A stretch of 64,000 bases of DNA from Verrucomicrobiota bacterium (GCA_039818205.1 JBCBUK010000002.1:64001-128000), one strand, 5' to 3'. Numbered from the stretch's first letter, positions 27,008-37,958 are shown. The notes: generated by a model not told the origin, from the letters alone. Numbers and translations: made by a program.

Positions 27008-28328
27008 TCCCGCTGCGATTACGGTTGGTGAGTTCACACGCCGGGTTAAAGTGCTGTTGGAGAGCCATCTGGAGCCTTGTTGGATTCGAGGCGAGATTTC
27101 CAATTTACGGCGTCAAAGCAGCGGACACGTCTACTTTACGCTCAAGGACGACCGCAGTCAGCTCTCCTGTGTTTTGTTTCGGGCGGATGCCCTGCGGCAA
27201 ACCGTTAACCTACGCGATGGTATGGCGGTGGTTGTTTTTGGCGAGGTCAGTGTCTACGAGCCTCGAGGAACGCATCAGCTGATTTGCCGCACGGTCCTGG
27301 AAGAGGGGCAGGGACGATTGCAGGAACGCTTCGAACAGTTGAAAGCGAAACTTCAGGCCGAGGGGTTGTTTGATGCCGAACGCAAGCTGCCAATCCCCGA
27401 CTGGCCTGAGACGGTTGCCGTGGTTACCTCGCCCAGTGGCGCGGCTATCAAGGATTTCGTGAGCGTGCTGGAGCGTCGGGATTGGCGAGGGACGGTCCTG
27501 CTGGCTCCTGCCAAGGTTCAAGGGGAAGGTGCAGCCTTGGAGATCGTCCAGGCATTGGAGAGCATTCTTTCGACCGGGCGTGCGGACCTGGTGGTCATGA
27601 TGCGGGGCGGGGGCAGTTTGGAAGATCTTTGGTGCTTTAACGAAGAAATCGTAGCGCGGGCGATCGCCGCCTCACCGGTGCCCGTGATTTCTGCCGTCGG
27701 GCACGAGATCGATTTTACCCTCAGTGATTTCGCAGCTGACCGTCGGGCAGAAACACCGACGGCGGCCGCAGAGCTGATTTCGAGTTTGTTGCTCGAGCTG
27801 CGTGAGCGGCAGCGAGGAGCGGCTGAGGCGCTGAACCGTTCAGTGGACCAGTGGCTGCGTGACCAACGCCAGTCACTCGATTGGTTGAAGCGCCATCTAG
27901 AGGCGCATCATCCGCGGGCGAAGGTTGAGCAAGCTCACTTGCGCTTAGACGAAATCCAGTCACGGCTAGAGTCACTCACCGACAATGCCGTGCGAACGTT
28001 CGGCAGTGATTTGCGTTTGCTACGGCACCGCTTGGAATCCGCTGCCCCGGACGTCCACATCACCCGACTCAAGGAGCGTTTGGCTGAGTTGCAACGACGT
28101 CAAGACCGGGCTCAGGAGGAGCTGCTTCGTCGCAAACAGGATCAATTGGCGAGTGGGCGTGCGCGTTTGGAAGGGGTTAGCCTTCAATCGACTTTGAAGC
28201 GTGGCTTTGCCGTTGCGCGTGACCAGCATGGGAAAGTCGTGATGCGCAAGGATGGCCTAAACGAAGGCGAAGTCCTCGCATTGGATTTTCACGACGGCGA
28301 GATCGCCACGCGGATCGAACGGACCTAG
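26955..28328 (+). CDS. xseA: Exodeoxyribonuclease VII large subunit
   Basis: GEISN, SGHVYFTLKD, VTSPSGAA, RGGGSLEDLW-FN, SAVGHEID, TPTAAAE; exact start uncertain (overlaps upstream gene). Confidence 0.95.
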   Translation: MSSTAKTKPVPPKKPHPDPAAITVGEFTRRVKVLLESHLEPCWIRGEISNLRRQSSGHVYFTLKDDRSQLSCVLFRADALRQTVNLRDGMAVVVFGEVSVYEPRGTHQLICRTVLEEGQGRLQERFEQLKAKLQAEGLFDAERKLPIPDWPETVAVVTSPSGAAIKDFVSVLERRDWRGTVLLAPAKVQGEGAALEIVQALESILSTGRADLVVMMRGGGSLEDLWCFNEEIVARAIAASPVPVISAVGHEIDFTLSDFAADRRAETPTAAAELISSLLLELRERQRGAAEALNRSVDQWLRDQRQSLDWLKRHLEAHHPRAKVEQAHLRLDEIQSRLESLTDNAVRTFGSDLRLLRHRLESAAPDVHITRLKERLAELQRRQDRAQEELLRRKQDQLASGRARLEGVSLQSTLKRGFAVARDQHGKVVMRKDGLNEGEVLALDFHDGEIATRIERT

Positions 28329-28883
28329 TTATTGGCCGATTTTGACGGAAGTCTGTCCGGCCCCGCCCGTTGGTTCTACCGGCTCGGGCTTCGATTTAAA
28401 ACGGGCACCGGCGTCGACGTTTTCGATCTTCTCAGTGAGCGAGGCTACTTTAACGTCTCCGTCTTTAAGAATAAGCGAAATGACCAGTGCCTTTTCCGCC
28501 GTCACGGGCAAACCTTGGACGCGCGCTTCTTCCTCGATGTCGACGAATACTTTGGCCGATTGACCATCATCGGCGATCTGTGCCTTCACGCCCTTGAACT
28601 GATAGGCGTAGTATTCGGTATTCGCAAAGGCTTCTTTGAGGAACGGTGCGTACTGAGGCATGCGCATTTGGCGGGTGCCAGCGGGACCTTCGACTATGGA
28701 CGAAATTATGGTGACCGTGATGTCGGGCGAAGCTGAACGGATCAGCGGTGCTGGGTCTCCAGCCAAATAAGCCGCGCGTCGGGCGTTGAGCATGTCGACG
28801 ACGACTTTTTTGTCGATGGCATCAACAGCGATCGCGGAAAGCGGCAAGAGGACAACGGAAATCAGCGAAAGAAGTGCTTTCAT
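28329..28883 (-). CDS. Exported hypothetical protein, possibly NTF2-like fold
   Basis: Signal peptide (AIA-V); helix-then-beta-strand pattern with IADDGQSAKV. Confidence 0.6.
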   Translation of the reverse strand: MKALLSLISVVLLPLSAIAVDAIDKKVVVDMLNARRAAYLAGDPAPLIRSASPDITVTIISSIVEGPAGTRQMRMPQYAPFLKEAFANTEYYAYQFKGVKAQIADDGQSAKVFVDIEEEARVQGLPVTAEKALVISLILKDGDVKVASLTEKIENVDAGARFKSKPEPVEPTGGAGQTSVKIGQ

Positions 28884-28974
28884 GAGTCTCGCATAAATAC
28901 CCGCGTGGCGGCGGGCTTGTCAAAGGAAAGACGAGCTCGGCGTTCGAGACTCGGAGACGCAATTTAACTAAGGT

Positions 28975-29652
28975 TTAGCTTTCCCAGCTCGGCTTCATGC
29001 TGCCGCGTTCGCGTTGACCAACGGGGGTTCCCAAGACTTCGAGGTAGACAAAGGCTTCACGGGCGGCGAGAGGATCGCGAAGCTTCCCGCGGACACGACG
29101 AGAGAGGCTTGCACCCGCATAGCTACGCGGTGTGCGGCGAGCCGGCTTTGACTGGTCGTAAGCATCTCTTACACGGCGCTTCGCCTCGGCATTTATCTCG
29201 TCGGCTCGACGCATGGCTTCTTCCACGGCCCGTCTCTGCTCTTCGAGTTCGGCTTCGTAGTTACGCTGTGGAACGGGCACCTCGACAAACTGAGGTTCAG
29301 TGCTGCTGGTGATGGGCGGTGGAAATGCGGGTGGCTCTGGCTGTGCCGGTGGAGGTTGCATCGGCGGCGGCGTCGCCTGTGCGGTGTGAGGAAGGGATGG
29401 AGGGGCGGCCGGTTGCTGAGGTGGGGGGAGATTTGGATCCTGCCCCCGACGCTCAGCAATCTTGCGCCGGATCTCTTCTTGAATTCGTCGTTTCCGCTCT
29501 TCGTCCTCATTGGCGGGATGGTCTAGCGGCGTGTAGGGCGATTGCTCTTGCGAAGACTCGTTGGTGCTCTCGCCACTCTGCTTACCGACAACCTGTCCGA
29601 TAATCCAGATGACAAAGACGACGATGGGAACGATGAACTCAAGGATATCCAT
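28975..29652 (-). CDS. Membrane-anchored Pro-rich/coiled-coil protein (YqfB-like position in floA operon)
   Basis: N-terminal TM, IRRKIAERR, C-terminal AREAFVYLEVLGTP. Confidence 0.7.
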   Translation of the reverse strand: MDILEFIVPIVVFVIWIIGQVVGKQSGESTNESSQEQSPYTPLDHPANEDEERKRRIQEEIRRKIAERRGQDPNLPPPQQPAAPPSLPHTAQATPPPMQPPPAQPEPPAFPPPITSSTEPQFVEVPVPQRNYEAELEEQRRAVEEAMRRADEINAEAKRRVRDAYDQSKPARRTPRSYAGASLSRRVRGKLRDPLAAREAFVYLEVLGTPVGQRERGSMKPSWES

Positions 29653-29654
29653 AG

Positions 29655-30413
29655 TTATTCGCTTGCTTGATTTGCCTGGGCTTCAGCCGCACGGCGTTCT
29701 TTGACGTAGTTTTCGATTTTGCCCTGCATCTTCATGGAGGCCTGCATCATTTCGGGCATCATGATCGTCATCATCTCTTTTTGTAGCTCGGGAGATTTGT
29801 CGATGCTGGCGATGCCGGCAGGCGTCGAGTAGAACTCATTCATACCACGGAGTTCATCCGGGGTGAAGACGTTGGCGTAGATGTCGATCATCTTGGTCTC
29901 CATGGCGCCCCAATTGATGTCATCAAACATTTCTGTGATGGCTTGCTTTTGGAAGGCAAGGAACTCGGGATCATCGACGCCTTGTTGCGCCATCTGATGG
30001 GCAATTGCCTCGGCCATCGCTTCTTCTTGGGCATCCATCATTTTTGCGATGGTTTCCTTGAAGCGGGTCTTCATGATCATGTCATAGGCCTCAGCGCGCG
30101 CTTCATCTTGGGTGAGGTCAGCGTCGGACTGGGTGATGCCGGCGAGCGAGACGAGAAACTCTTGACCGTCTTTGGAAACGGTTAGGAGTTTGGTGTCTTC
30201 GTTGTATTTGAGGACTTCGAAGCCATTGAACTGGTCTCCGACTTTTACCCAGTTGCTGCTTTGGCCGCCGGGAGAGGTTAATGAGAATGTTTGGACATCA
30301 CCCATGTCGAGAACGCCCCGAAGGACGATCTCATCGGTTGCCACTTTCTCAGCCATCACGGCTGACGTGGCGATAGAGACACTTAAGGCGATGATGGCGG
30401 TTTTTATTTTCAT
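29655..30413 (-). CDS. DUF2059 domain exported protein
   Basis: IYANVFTPDEL-FYSTPAG motif; signal peptide. Confidence 0.8.
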   Translation of the reverse strand: MKIKTAIIALSVSIATSAVMAEKVATDEIVLRGVLDMGDVQTFSLTSPGGQSSNWVKVGDQFNGFEVLKYNEDTKLLTVSKDGQEFLVSLAGITQSDADLTQDEARAEAYDMIMKTRFKETIAKMMDAQEEAMAEAIAHQMAQQGVDDPEFLAFQKQAITEMFDDINWGAMETKMIDIYANVFTPDELRGMNEFYSTPAGIASIDKSPELQKEMMTIMMPEMMQASMKMQGKIENYVKERRAAEAQANQASE

Positions 30414-30443
30414 GGTAGTGGAGGGGGTTTCTTCGGTTGCTTG

Positions 30444-31493
30444 CTACTGGTCGAGAGTGTTGCCACCCGACTCAGGTTTTGAAATGGAGTCACGCATCTC
30501 GGTGTCGGCTTGGATGTTCTGCAAGCGGTAGTAGTCCATAACGCCGAGATTGCCGCTGCGCAGGGCTTCGGAAAGGGCTAGCGGAACTTGGGCTTCGGCT
30601 TCGACGACCTTTGCCTGCATCTCCTGAACTTTCGCTTTCATTTCCTGTTCGAGCGCAACCGCAGCTGCGCGGCGGATTTCCGCTTGGGCCTGTGCCATGT
30701 TCTTGTTGGCGATCGCTTGCTCTTCTTGGAGTTTCGCACCGATGTTCGCGCCGACGTCTACGTCCGCGATATCCACCGAGATAATTTCAAAGGCGGTTCC
30801 GGTATCCAAGCCACGCTCGAGCACGACCTTGGAGATACGGTCTGGATTCTCGAGGACGAATTTGTAGGTCTCGGACGAACCAATCGTGGTCACAATACCT
30901 TCGCCCACCCGGGCAATAATCGTTTCTTCGAGCGCGCTGCCCACATATTGATCGAGGTTGGAGCGAACGGTAACGCGGGCGCGGGCTTTTACTTGGATAC
31001 CATCCTTGGAAACACCATCAATTGTCGTGCGACCCGATGCGCGGTCTGGGCAATCAATTACCTTGGGGTTGATGGAGGTGCGCACCGCTTCAAGGACACT
31101 CTTGTCGGTGCCCTTAGTCGCGAGGTCGATTGCACAAGCGCGCGTCCACTTGAGCTCGATACCCGCCTTGTCTGCGGCAATGATCGCTTGGACGGTCTGG
31201 ATTACGTTACCTTCGGCGAGGTAGTGGGCTTCGAGCAGATCGGTGTCGAGCTGGATGCCTGCCTTCACGGCTGTAATCCGGGCTTCAACGATCAATTTGT
31301 AGGGCACATTTCGCAGGCGCATCGCGATCAACGTGGGGATACCAACGGGGGCACCAGAGAGCAGGGCGCGCAACCACGTGGAAATGTAGGAGAGCACGAT
31401 CAAGAATAGACCGATCAAGATGACTCCGAGGATGATCAACGCGATGTTGCCAATGCTGATGGCTACCGGGAAGTTATTGACGAGTGTTTGCAT
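30444..31493 (-). CDS. floA: Flotillin-like protein FloA (YqfA)
   Basis: [60 protein letters not shown]. Confidence 0.95.
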   Translation of the reverse strand: MQTLVNNFPVAISIGNIALIILGVILIGLFLIVLSYISTWLRALLSGAPVGIPTLIAMRLRNVPYKLIVEARITAVKAGIQLDTDLLEAHYLAEGNVIQTVQAIIAADKAGIELKWTRACAIDLATKGTDKSVLEAVRTSINPKVIDCPDRASGRTTIDGVSKDGIQVKARARVTVRSNLDQYVGSALEETIIARVGEGIVTTIGSSETYKFVLENPDRISKVVLERGLDTGTAFEIISVDIADVDVGANIGAKLQEEQAIANKNMAQAQAEIRRAAAVALEQEMKAKVQEMQAKVVEAEAQVPLALSEALRSGNLGVMDYYRLQNIQADTEMRDSISKPESGGNTLDQ

Positions 31494-31539
31494 AGCAGAT
31501 GGATGTATTTGCTGAGTTAATTATTCGGGATTGATAGTT

Positions 31540-32037
31540 CTAAATTTGTAATTTCTTCACGACGACGCGGAACGCATCACGGCCAACGACCTCAATCTGG
31601 TCGCCTTTGTTTAAATAACCGCTTTGCGAAAAGCCTTCATAGGTTTTGCCTTCGACCACGATACGCCCGCTGGGTGCCATGGTCGTGGCGGCGATACCGG
31701 TTTGGCCAACAAGGTCTGCTTGATCGCTGGCTTCGACCGCCGCGTCGTTCCGTGAACCATAACGGATGCGGCCACCGCTGGCGGCGGATAAAAAGAATCG
31801 CTTACCGAAGCGCGTTTTGGGCAGCATCTGAAATTCGACAATTACCACCACGGTGACGACTATCAACGATAACAGCAGGGTCCACGCAGCGCCGAAAACG
31901 CCAAATTCCGTGAAGGCCACCCAACCGGCACCAAGGATTGCGATGCCGCCCAGGGCGCCAAGAATGCCACCGGGAACCAGGATCTCGAATGAGATTAACA
32001 GGATACCTGCGATTACGAGGCCGATGATTGCTAACAT
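31540..32037 (-). CDS. Short NfeD family protein
   Basis: EILVPGGILG, three TMs, OB-fold LVGQTG-A-T-MAPSG. Confidence 0.85.
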   Translation of the reverse strand: MLAIIGLVIAGILLISFEILVPGGILGALGGIAILGAGWVAFTEFGVFGAAWTLLLSLIVVTVVVIVEFQMLPKTRFGKRFFLSAASGGRIRYGSRNDAAVEASDQADLVGQTGIAATTMAPSGRIVVEGKTYEGFSQSGYLNKGDQIEVVGRDAFRVVVKKLQI

Positions 32038-32066
32038 AGCTTAAAAGAGTGTGATTGAGATTGATG

Positions 32067-32480
32067 TTAGTTCGTTTTCACGAGAGGTGGCGACATCGAA
32101 ATATTAGATAAATACGTCGGGATAAATTGTCCCACCATTGCAACGCTGGCGTAAAAGAAGACATCGAGGTGTTGCGGGAAGAGGAAGATACCAAAGAACG
32201 CCAATGATTCACCAATCGCGCAGCCGGTGATCAGGAGCGGCAGAAGTTGCTGGAAGGTTTTCGCTTTAGGGACGAAGGTCCAACGGATGGCGGTCGAAAT
32301 TAACACCGGCAGGATCAAAAAAACCAAAACAGCGATGCTGATCGTTCCCCCTGTGTTGACCACTTCTGGGTCAGACGTTTTATCGAGGAGGAAAAAGCGG
32401 TAGACGAATAGGCTCGAAAACAAACCATACCAGATGACCCAGACGGGCAGCTTTGGGGATACTGTTTGGGGTTGCTGCAT
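32067..32480 (-). CDS. Hypothetical four-TM membrane protein
   Basis: Hydrophobic 137-aa ORF inside the operon. Confidence 0.65.
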   Translation of the reverse strand: MQQPQTVSPKLPVWVIWYGLFSSLFVYRFFLLDKTSDPEVVNTGGTISIAVLVFLILPVLISTAIRWTFVPKAKTFQQLLPLLITGCAIGESLAFFGIFLFPQHLDVFFYASVAMVGQFIPTYLSNISMSPPLVKTN

Positions 32481-32485
32481 AGAAC

Positions 32486-34045
32486 TTAGATGGCCTTTAC
32501 AATGAGGGAGAAATCACGACGCTCGATAACCTCGACCTGCGCGCCCTTATCGAGCGAGCCGATGTTGAGCCGCGCTTGAAAGAGGCGGCCGCCGATGTCG
32601 ATTTGGCCACCGGGGTGCAGGTCGGTAATCGCTTGTCCACGTGTGCCGGGTTCAGGCAGGGCGCTGCCCTTTTCCTCGTCAATCGAACGCCCACCCGATT
32701 CAAGAACGGACGCTTCGTCACCAACGTTGGAGGACAGAATAATGCCGCCATGGAACCAGCGCTTGGGCACAAACTTTAAGAGGGCAATGACGCCGAGGAA
32801 GGTAATCAGGAATCCCCACGCGAGTTGGCCAACGGGTTCATAAAAGACCTTTGGCGAAATCTCAAAACCGTCGCTGCCCTCGGGCCAGATGTCGGCCATT
32901 GCCCAGAGTAATGAGCCAACGACGAGCAAAGCGCCGAGCAGGCCGGATATGAGGGTTCCCGGAATCAAAAATATCTCGACCCCAATCAGGATGACTCCAA
33001 CGACGAAGAAGAGGATCTCTTCATGCCCGGCGAGGCCTGCAAAGTAGTTGCTGGTGAAGACGAGCAAGAGCATGCAGGCACCGGCCATGCCGAGAACACC
33101 GAACGTTGGTGTCTGAGCCTCGAAATAGAGCAGGAGAATGCCGAGGCCGAGCAGGACTGGAGAGATCGTTTGAAACCATTTTGCGAGGTTTTCGCTCCAC
33201 GTGACTTCAAAGGTTTTGATCTGATAGTTACCCGCGCCCAGTTTTTGAGTGAGCAGATCATCGATATCCTCGGCGATACCGTCGGCCAAAAGTGGTTGTG
33301 GCGGGGTGCCGTAGAGCGCGTAGGCTTCCGCTGCGGTCAACGATAGGAGCTCTCCCTCGCGCTTGATGATTTTATTGTCAATAACGAGCTCGAAATTCGG
33401 ATCCATCATCGCCCGGAGAACATCTGACCGGTAGCGGTAGTCTTCTTTGTCAAATGTGCGGATTTTTGCGCGCAAATAGCTGTCGAGCTTGCGCTGCATA
33501 GACTCCGGGATGTCCTGTCCGCCACCGGCAACCGCCTCGGCTGCTCCGATAATGGCTTTCGGGGCCATCCAGATGTGGTCTGTGGCCACGGAAATGTAGG
33601 AACCTGCCGACATGGCCTCAGAATTCACGAAAGTCATTGATTGGCCGTTGAATTTATCTAGCGCCTCCATCATTTCGAGGGTCACATTGAGTGCTCCACC
33701 CGGTGTATCCATATCGATTAGGACGATCTCCACGTCGTTGGCGATGGCCTCTTTGAGCGCGCGGCGCAAAATGAATAACTGAGGATCAGTAATTGGACCT
33801 TCAATTGGGACCACATAGACGTCCCATCCGCCTTCGGGGGCTTCTGGAATGACGCGTGTCGCCCGATCGTCGGAGGAGCCAAGTTCGTTGGCGGCCTCGG
33901 TGACCTCGGCGTCGGTTGCTTCCGCCGTCTCCTCTTCTTGGGACTCGGCATTGGGGTCCAGGCGAGATGCCAGCAAGGGCAACGCGGCGCTGAGGATGAT
34001 GAGCATCATCCCAATAAAAGCAGGCCAAGATAGAGGTCGTTTCAT
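32486..34045 (-). CDS. Long NfeD family protein with ClpP-like protease domain
   Basis: IDMDTPGG, AMSAG, IWMAP-IGAA, LLSLTA-EA, TM bundle, C-terminal TDLHPGG OB-fold. Confidence 0.9.
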   Translation of the reverse strand: MKRPLSWPAFIGMMLIILSAALPLLASRLDPNAESQEEETAEATDAEVTEAANELGSSDDRATRVIPEAPEGGWDVYVVPIEGPITDPQLFILRRALKEAIANDVEIVLIDMDTPGGALNVTLEMMEALDKFNGQSMTFVNSEAMSAGSYISVATDHIWMAPKAIIGAAEAVAGGGQDIPESMQRKLDSYLRAKIRTFDKEDYRYRSDVLRAMMDPNFELVIDNKIIKREGELLSLTAAEAYALYGTPPQPLLADGIAEDIDDLLTQKLGAGNYQIKTFEVTWSENLAKWFQTISPVLLGLGILLLYFEAQTPTFGVLGMAGACMLLLVFTSNYFAGLAGHEEILFFVVGVILIGVEIFLIPGTLISGLLGALLVVGSLLWAMADIWPEGSDGFEISPKVFYEPVGQLAWGFLITFLGVIALLKFVPKRWFHGGIILSSNVGDEASVLESGGRSIDEEKGSALPEPGTRGQAITDLHPGGQIDIGGRLFQARLNIGSLDKGAQVEVIERRDFSLIVKAI

Positions 34046-34212
34046 GGTTCTCACAATAATGTATCAGTATGCATTGCCTAGAGACAATTACAATGCGCGG
34101 TGTGTTTTGGAATGGACTTGTGGGCGCTTTGTAACGGCCCGTTGACATTTAATTTTTTAAATACCGATCATTAGCGTTGGCAAAATCGAAAGGACGCGCT
34201 CAGTCTAATGGC

Positions 34213-35133
34213 ATGGAAGTGATCGATTTTCAAGGGCATCAAATCCGCAAATGGACGATTGGCGCATCGACATTCTTGGCCTATCCGGAGGCGGGCGCCC
34301 GCCTGATGAACTGGCACCTGCACATGGCCGACGGTTCATTTCGAGATGTGATCCATTGGCCCGAGGATGCCGACTTGAGCAACATTGCCAAGGTGCGGGG
34401 CGGGAATCCCATTCTATTTCCTTTTGCGGCACGGACTTATTGCGAGGGTGAAATCGAATTTTGGAAGGCTCAGGATGGGGTAAAACGCCCGATGAAAACT
34501 CATGGCTATGTGCGCCAGGGAAGTTTTGCGTTGGAATCCTTTCATGACAAAGGATTCCTTGCGAAGTTCCTGCCGGACGATGCGGCCCGCGATGCGTACC
34601 CATTCGACTACGAGTTCACTGTCCGCTATCGTTTCGAGCAGTTGGCGTTCTACGTCGATCTGGAGTTGCGCAATCATGAGAATAAGCCGATCCCCTGGTC
34701 AGCGGGCCACCATTTCTACTTTTCCCTACCGTGGCATGATGATTCGACCCGATCAGACTACATGATCTCGACCAGTGCCAAGAAGGCGTTCCGCCACGGA
34801 TCCGATGGAAAGCTCGAGCCGATCAAGAATTTTCCGGAGCCTGCTTCGTTTGGTGACCCCACGATAAACGACTTAATCCGTTCCAAGTTGAAGTCTGGAG
34901 TCGTGCGCTTTGGGCCGAAAGGGGGCGAAGAGGATATCAAGATTTCTATTGGTGATGGATCACGTCCCGATCCGTGGACATCCGTAGTGTCTTGGACGAT
35001 GGCCGATGACAGCCCATTTTATTGCGTTGAGCCATGGATGGGCCCACCCAATAGCCCAGAACATGGAAATGGTTTGCATTACGTTCAGCCGGGTAAGTCT
35101 GAGGTCTTTACGGTGCAAGTCTCGTTGGCCTAG
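34213..35133 (+). CDS. Aldose 1-epimerase family protein
   Basis: RGGNPILFP, HGYVR, YPFD, GHHFYF, FYCVEPW. Confidence 0.9.
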   Translation: MEVIDFQGHQIRKWTIGASTFLAYPEAGARLMNWHLHMADGSFRDVIHWPEDADLSNIAKVRGGNPILFPFAARTYCEGEIEFWKAQDGVKRPMKTHGYVRQGSFALESFHDKGFLAKFLPDDAARDAYPFDYEFTVRYRFEQLAFYVDLELRNHENKPIPWSAGHHFYFSLPWHDDSTRSDYMISTSAKKAFRHGSDGKLEPIKNFPEPASFGDPTINDLIRSKLKSGVVRFGPKGGEEDIKISIGDGSRPDPWTSVVSWTMADDSPFYCVEPWMGPPNSPEHGNGLHYVQPGKSEVFTVQVSLA

Positions 35134-35159
35134 CGGATAAATTTGAACAACTCTTTCGT

Positions 35160-35852
35160 ATGAATCGACGGACGCTCAAAAACTGCCTGCATTTCCTGAT
35201 TGGCCTTGGTGGTATTGGGTTGGTGGCCTTGGTGAGCGTGTTGCTAATCGCGCGGGGCAAAGTCCAAGGCGCTGCGGAGGGCCAGGTATTTCACCTAGTT
35301 GAGAAGACTCCGAAATCTCAAATCGGAGTTGTGCTGGGTACGTCACCAGTACTTCCTGATGGACGCGCCAATCTCTATTTTCAATACCGCATGGACGCAA
35401 CCGCGGCCCTTTACCATGCGGGTAAGATTGAGTGGGTCCTTGCTAGTGGAGCCAATCCGGTTTCCCACTACGACGAAAGCACGGCGATGCGTCAGGCATT
35501 GGTTGAACGGGGAGTGCCTGAAGAGCGAATTTTTCGAGATTTTGCGGGATTCCGAACGCTCGATTCTATTGTTCGCGCGAAGGAGGTTTTCCAGATCGAT
35601 TCGTTCTTGGTAATTTCACAGGATTTCCATGTGCGGCGGGCAATATATTTGGGGCAAGCCCATGATATCGACGTTGTGGGATTCGCGGCTCGGGATGTGC
35701 CAGCGGTCGTCGGACTCAAGACCATGGTTCGTGAAGAGCTAGCGCGGGTGAAGGCCGTGCTTGATGTGACGGTGCTTCGGACTGAACCAAAGTTCCTTGG
35801 CCCTCCCGTTCACCTTGCGATGAATGAGCCAGCGACTGGTTCACCCGATTAA
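35160..35852 (+). CDS. sanA: SanA/YdcF (ElyC) family protein
   Basis: VVLGTS, NLYF-YR, DFAGFRTLDS, ISQDFH, RE-LARVKA. Confidence 0.88.
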   Translation: MNRRTLKNCLHFLIGLGGIGLVALVSVLLIARGKVQGAAEGQVFHLVEKTPKSQIGVVLGTSPVLPDGRANLYFQYRMDATAALYHAGKIEWVLASGANPVSHYDESTAMRQALVERGVPEERIFRDFAGFRTLDSIVRAKEVFQIDSFLVISQDFHVRRAIYLGQAHDIDVVGFAARDVPAVVGLKTMVREELARVKAVLDVTVLRTEPKFLGPPVHLAMNEPATGSPD

Positions 35853-37483
35853 ACGGGGCAGGCGTTCTGCCGGAGAGCCTCTTCGAGCAAAGCGATGTCA
35901 AACGGCTTGTGGCAGACGGTGATGTGCTGGGTGGATGCGACGCCCAACCGTTTTTTGGCCTCATCTGGGCTATGCCCGGTTATTGCGATGAGCGCGAGAT
36001 CTGGGTTGCGTTCTAGGAGATCGCAAAAGACTTCCTCGGAGTTCGATCCAGGCATGGTGATGTCGACCATAGCAACTTGAATCTCCTCCGAATGGGCACT
36101 ATGGATTTCCATCGCCTGGTTGCCGTCCTCAGCGATGTATACGCGGTAACCAAGCTGATCGAAGTAGGCGTAGAGCCAATTGCGCATGTTCGGCTCGTCA
36201 TCGGCAATCAGGACGGCGGGCGCTTCGCGTCCCCACGCAGTTGGCTTGCGTTTGGTGTTTGTCGTCTTCGGTTCGGGTTCTTTTTCGCTAATGGGGAAGT
36301 AAGCTCGGAAGCGTGAGCCTTGATCAACTTCAGTATCGATAAACAAGGCTCCGCGGTGGTTGTTGATGACTCCCAAAACGGCGGATAGACCGAGCCCACG
36401 ACCATCGAACTTCGTGGTATAGAATGGATCAAAAACAAGTTTGATTTTGTCCTCAGGGATCCCGCATCCATTATCCTCGACTTCAAACCAGGCGTAGTTG
36501 CCCGGTTTGGCTCGTTCACCCCAGCAGGCTTTTAGGTCGCCGGTGCGCAAGTGCTGCTCTCCGCTGCGGACGGTGATGCGCCCTTTGCCTTCGGGGAGTG
36601 CCTCGGAGGCATTGGTGAGAAAGTTCAGTAAGACTTGGCGTACCTGGGAAATGTCGGCCTCGATCAATCGATTCTGGTTGTCCAATTGGATGTCCATCGC
36701 AATTGAGCGGTCGACACTGACCCGAATGAAATTGGAAAGATCTTTGGCGATGTCCTCGATATAAAATAGCGTCTTGTCGACGTTCGCCTGACCCGCATAG
36801 GCGAGCATCTGTTTGCAAAGGTCGCTTCCCCGCCGGCAACCTTTGATCACATTCTCCATGTAGCGGGATACCGACTCATGCGGCAGTTCGGCTCGTTGGC
36901 AAAGCTCGGCATAGCCCATGATCGCGCCCAATATGTTATTGAAATCGTGAGCGATCCCACCGGTCAGCACGCCGAGGCTTTCCAGCTTTTGGGTATGCAT
37001 TTGCGATAGACGCACTTCTTCAAGTTCATGCTGCAGGCGGTGGCGCTCCATCGCATGACGAATGGTTCGCACGAGCGGTGCGGGTTGAAGTTCGTTCTTG
37101 CACAGGTAGTCTTGCGCTCCCTCGCGGACCGCGTGCAGCGCAAGTTGTTCGTCTTGCATTCCCGAGAGGATGATGACCGGTGTTTCACCACAAAACTCTG
37201 TCATCTTTTCAATGGTGCTCACACCGGCAGCATCGGGTAAGGTAAGGTCCAGGAGAATGACTTCGATTTCGCCGCCAGCGATAATCTCCATGGCCTCGGC
37301 AAGGGTGGAAGCGGTGCTATATTGAAAGTTCTGGGATTCCGCAGCATCCCGGAGTAGTTCTTGCACGAGGAATACATCCCCTGGATTGTCATCGACCAGT
37401 AGCAGGTGGATCGTCTCTGCTGGGATGCCCGACTTTGTTGGACAGCCAGCCGCGATGCTTTTGGCGACTCCTGATTGATTCAT
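35849..37483 (-). CDS. Hybrid histidine kinase (REC-HisKA-HATPase-REC)
   Basis: LLVDDNPGD; QKLESLG-LTGGIAHDFNN; FDPFYTTK-GRGLGL; C-terminal REC. Confidence 0.93.
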   Translation of the reverse strand: MNQSGVAKSIAAGCPTKSGIPAETIHLLLVDDNPGDVFLVQELLRDAAESQNFQYSTASTLAEAMEIIAGGEIEVILLDLTLPDAAGVSTIEKMTEFCGETPVIILSGMQDEQLALHAVREGAQDYLCKNELQPAPLVRTIRHAMERHRLQHELEEVRLSQMHTQKLESLGVLTGGIAHDFNNILGAIMGYAELCQRAELPHESVSRYMENVIKGCRRGSDLCKQMLAYAGQANVDKTLFYIEDIAKDLSNFIRVSVDRSIAMDIQLDNQNRLIEADISQVRQVLLNFLTNASEALPEGKGRITVRSGEQHLRTGDLKACWGERAKPGNYAWFEVEDNGCGIPEDKIKLVFDPFYTTKFDGRGLGLSAVLGVINNHRGALFIDTEVDQGSRFRAYFPISEKEPEPKTTNTKRKPTAWGREAPAVLIADDEPNMRNWLYAYFDQLGYRVYIAEDGNQAMEIHSAHSEEIQVAMVDITMPGSNSEEVFCDLLERNPDLALIAITGHSPDEAKKRLGVASTQHITVCHKPFDIALLEEALRQNACPV

Positions 37484-37947
37484 CGTAATGTTTCTTGTGA
37501 TTTGAAATGAGGTAACTTAACGATTTCTATCCAAAATGTGTGAACGGTCTTGATCGCGTCGAGGAATTGATCGAGGTCGACCGGTTTGGTGATGAAGCAG
37601 TTAGCATGTTCGCGGTAGGCTTGGCAGATGTCCGCCTCGTCGGCGGAGGTCGTGAGAATGACAACAGGTATACTCCTTAGATCGTCATCATTCTTAATGA
37701 TCTTAAGGACTTCGCGGCCACTTAGTCCGGGAAGATTGAGGTCGAGTAGCACGATGTCTGGCCGGGGGGCGCCAGCGTGGCTGCCTTCACGCCGCAGGAA
37801 GCTTAAGGCTTCCTCGCCCGTTGAGGCGACGTGCAACTCGTTGAGCAGTTTGTTTTCGGCAAACGCTTCCTGGGTCAGGATGACGTCTCCTGGGTTGTCC
37901 TCGACAAGCAGGACCGTTACGGGGCCGGTTTCATGGTTGTTGGTCAT
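37480..37947 (-). CDS. Single-domain response regulator (Rcp1-like)
   Basis: LLVEDNPGD, PD-VLLDLNLP, IPVVILTTS, AN-FITKPVD. Confidence 0.93.
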   Translation of the reverse strand: MTNNHETGPVTVLLVEDNPGDVILTQEAFAENKLLNELHVASTGEEALSFLRREGSHAGAPRPDIVLLDLNLPGLSGREVLKIIKNDDDLRSIPVVILTTSADEADICQAYREHANCFITKPVDLDQFLDAIKTVHTFWIEIVKLPHFKSQETLR

Positions 37948-37958
37948 GTCGGAATCGA

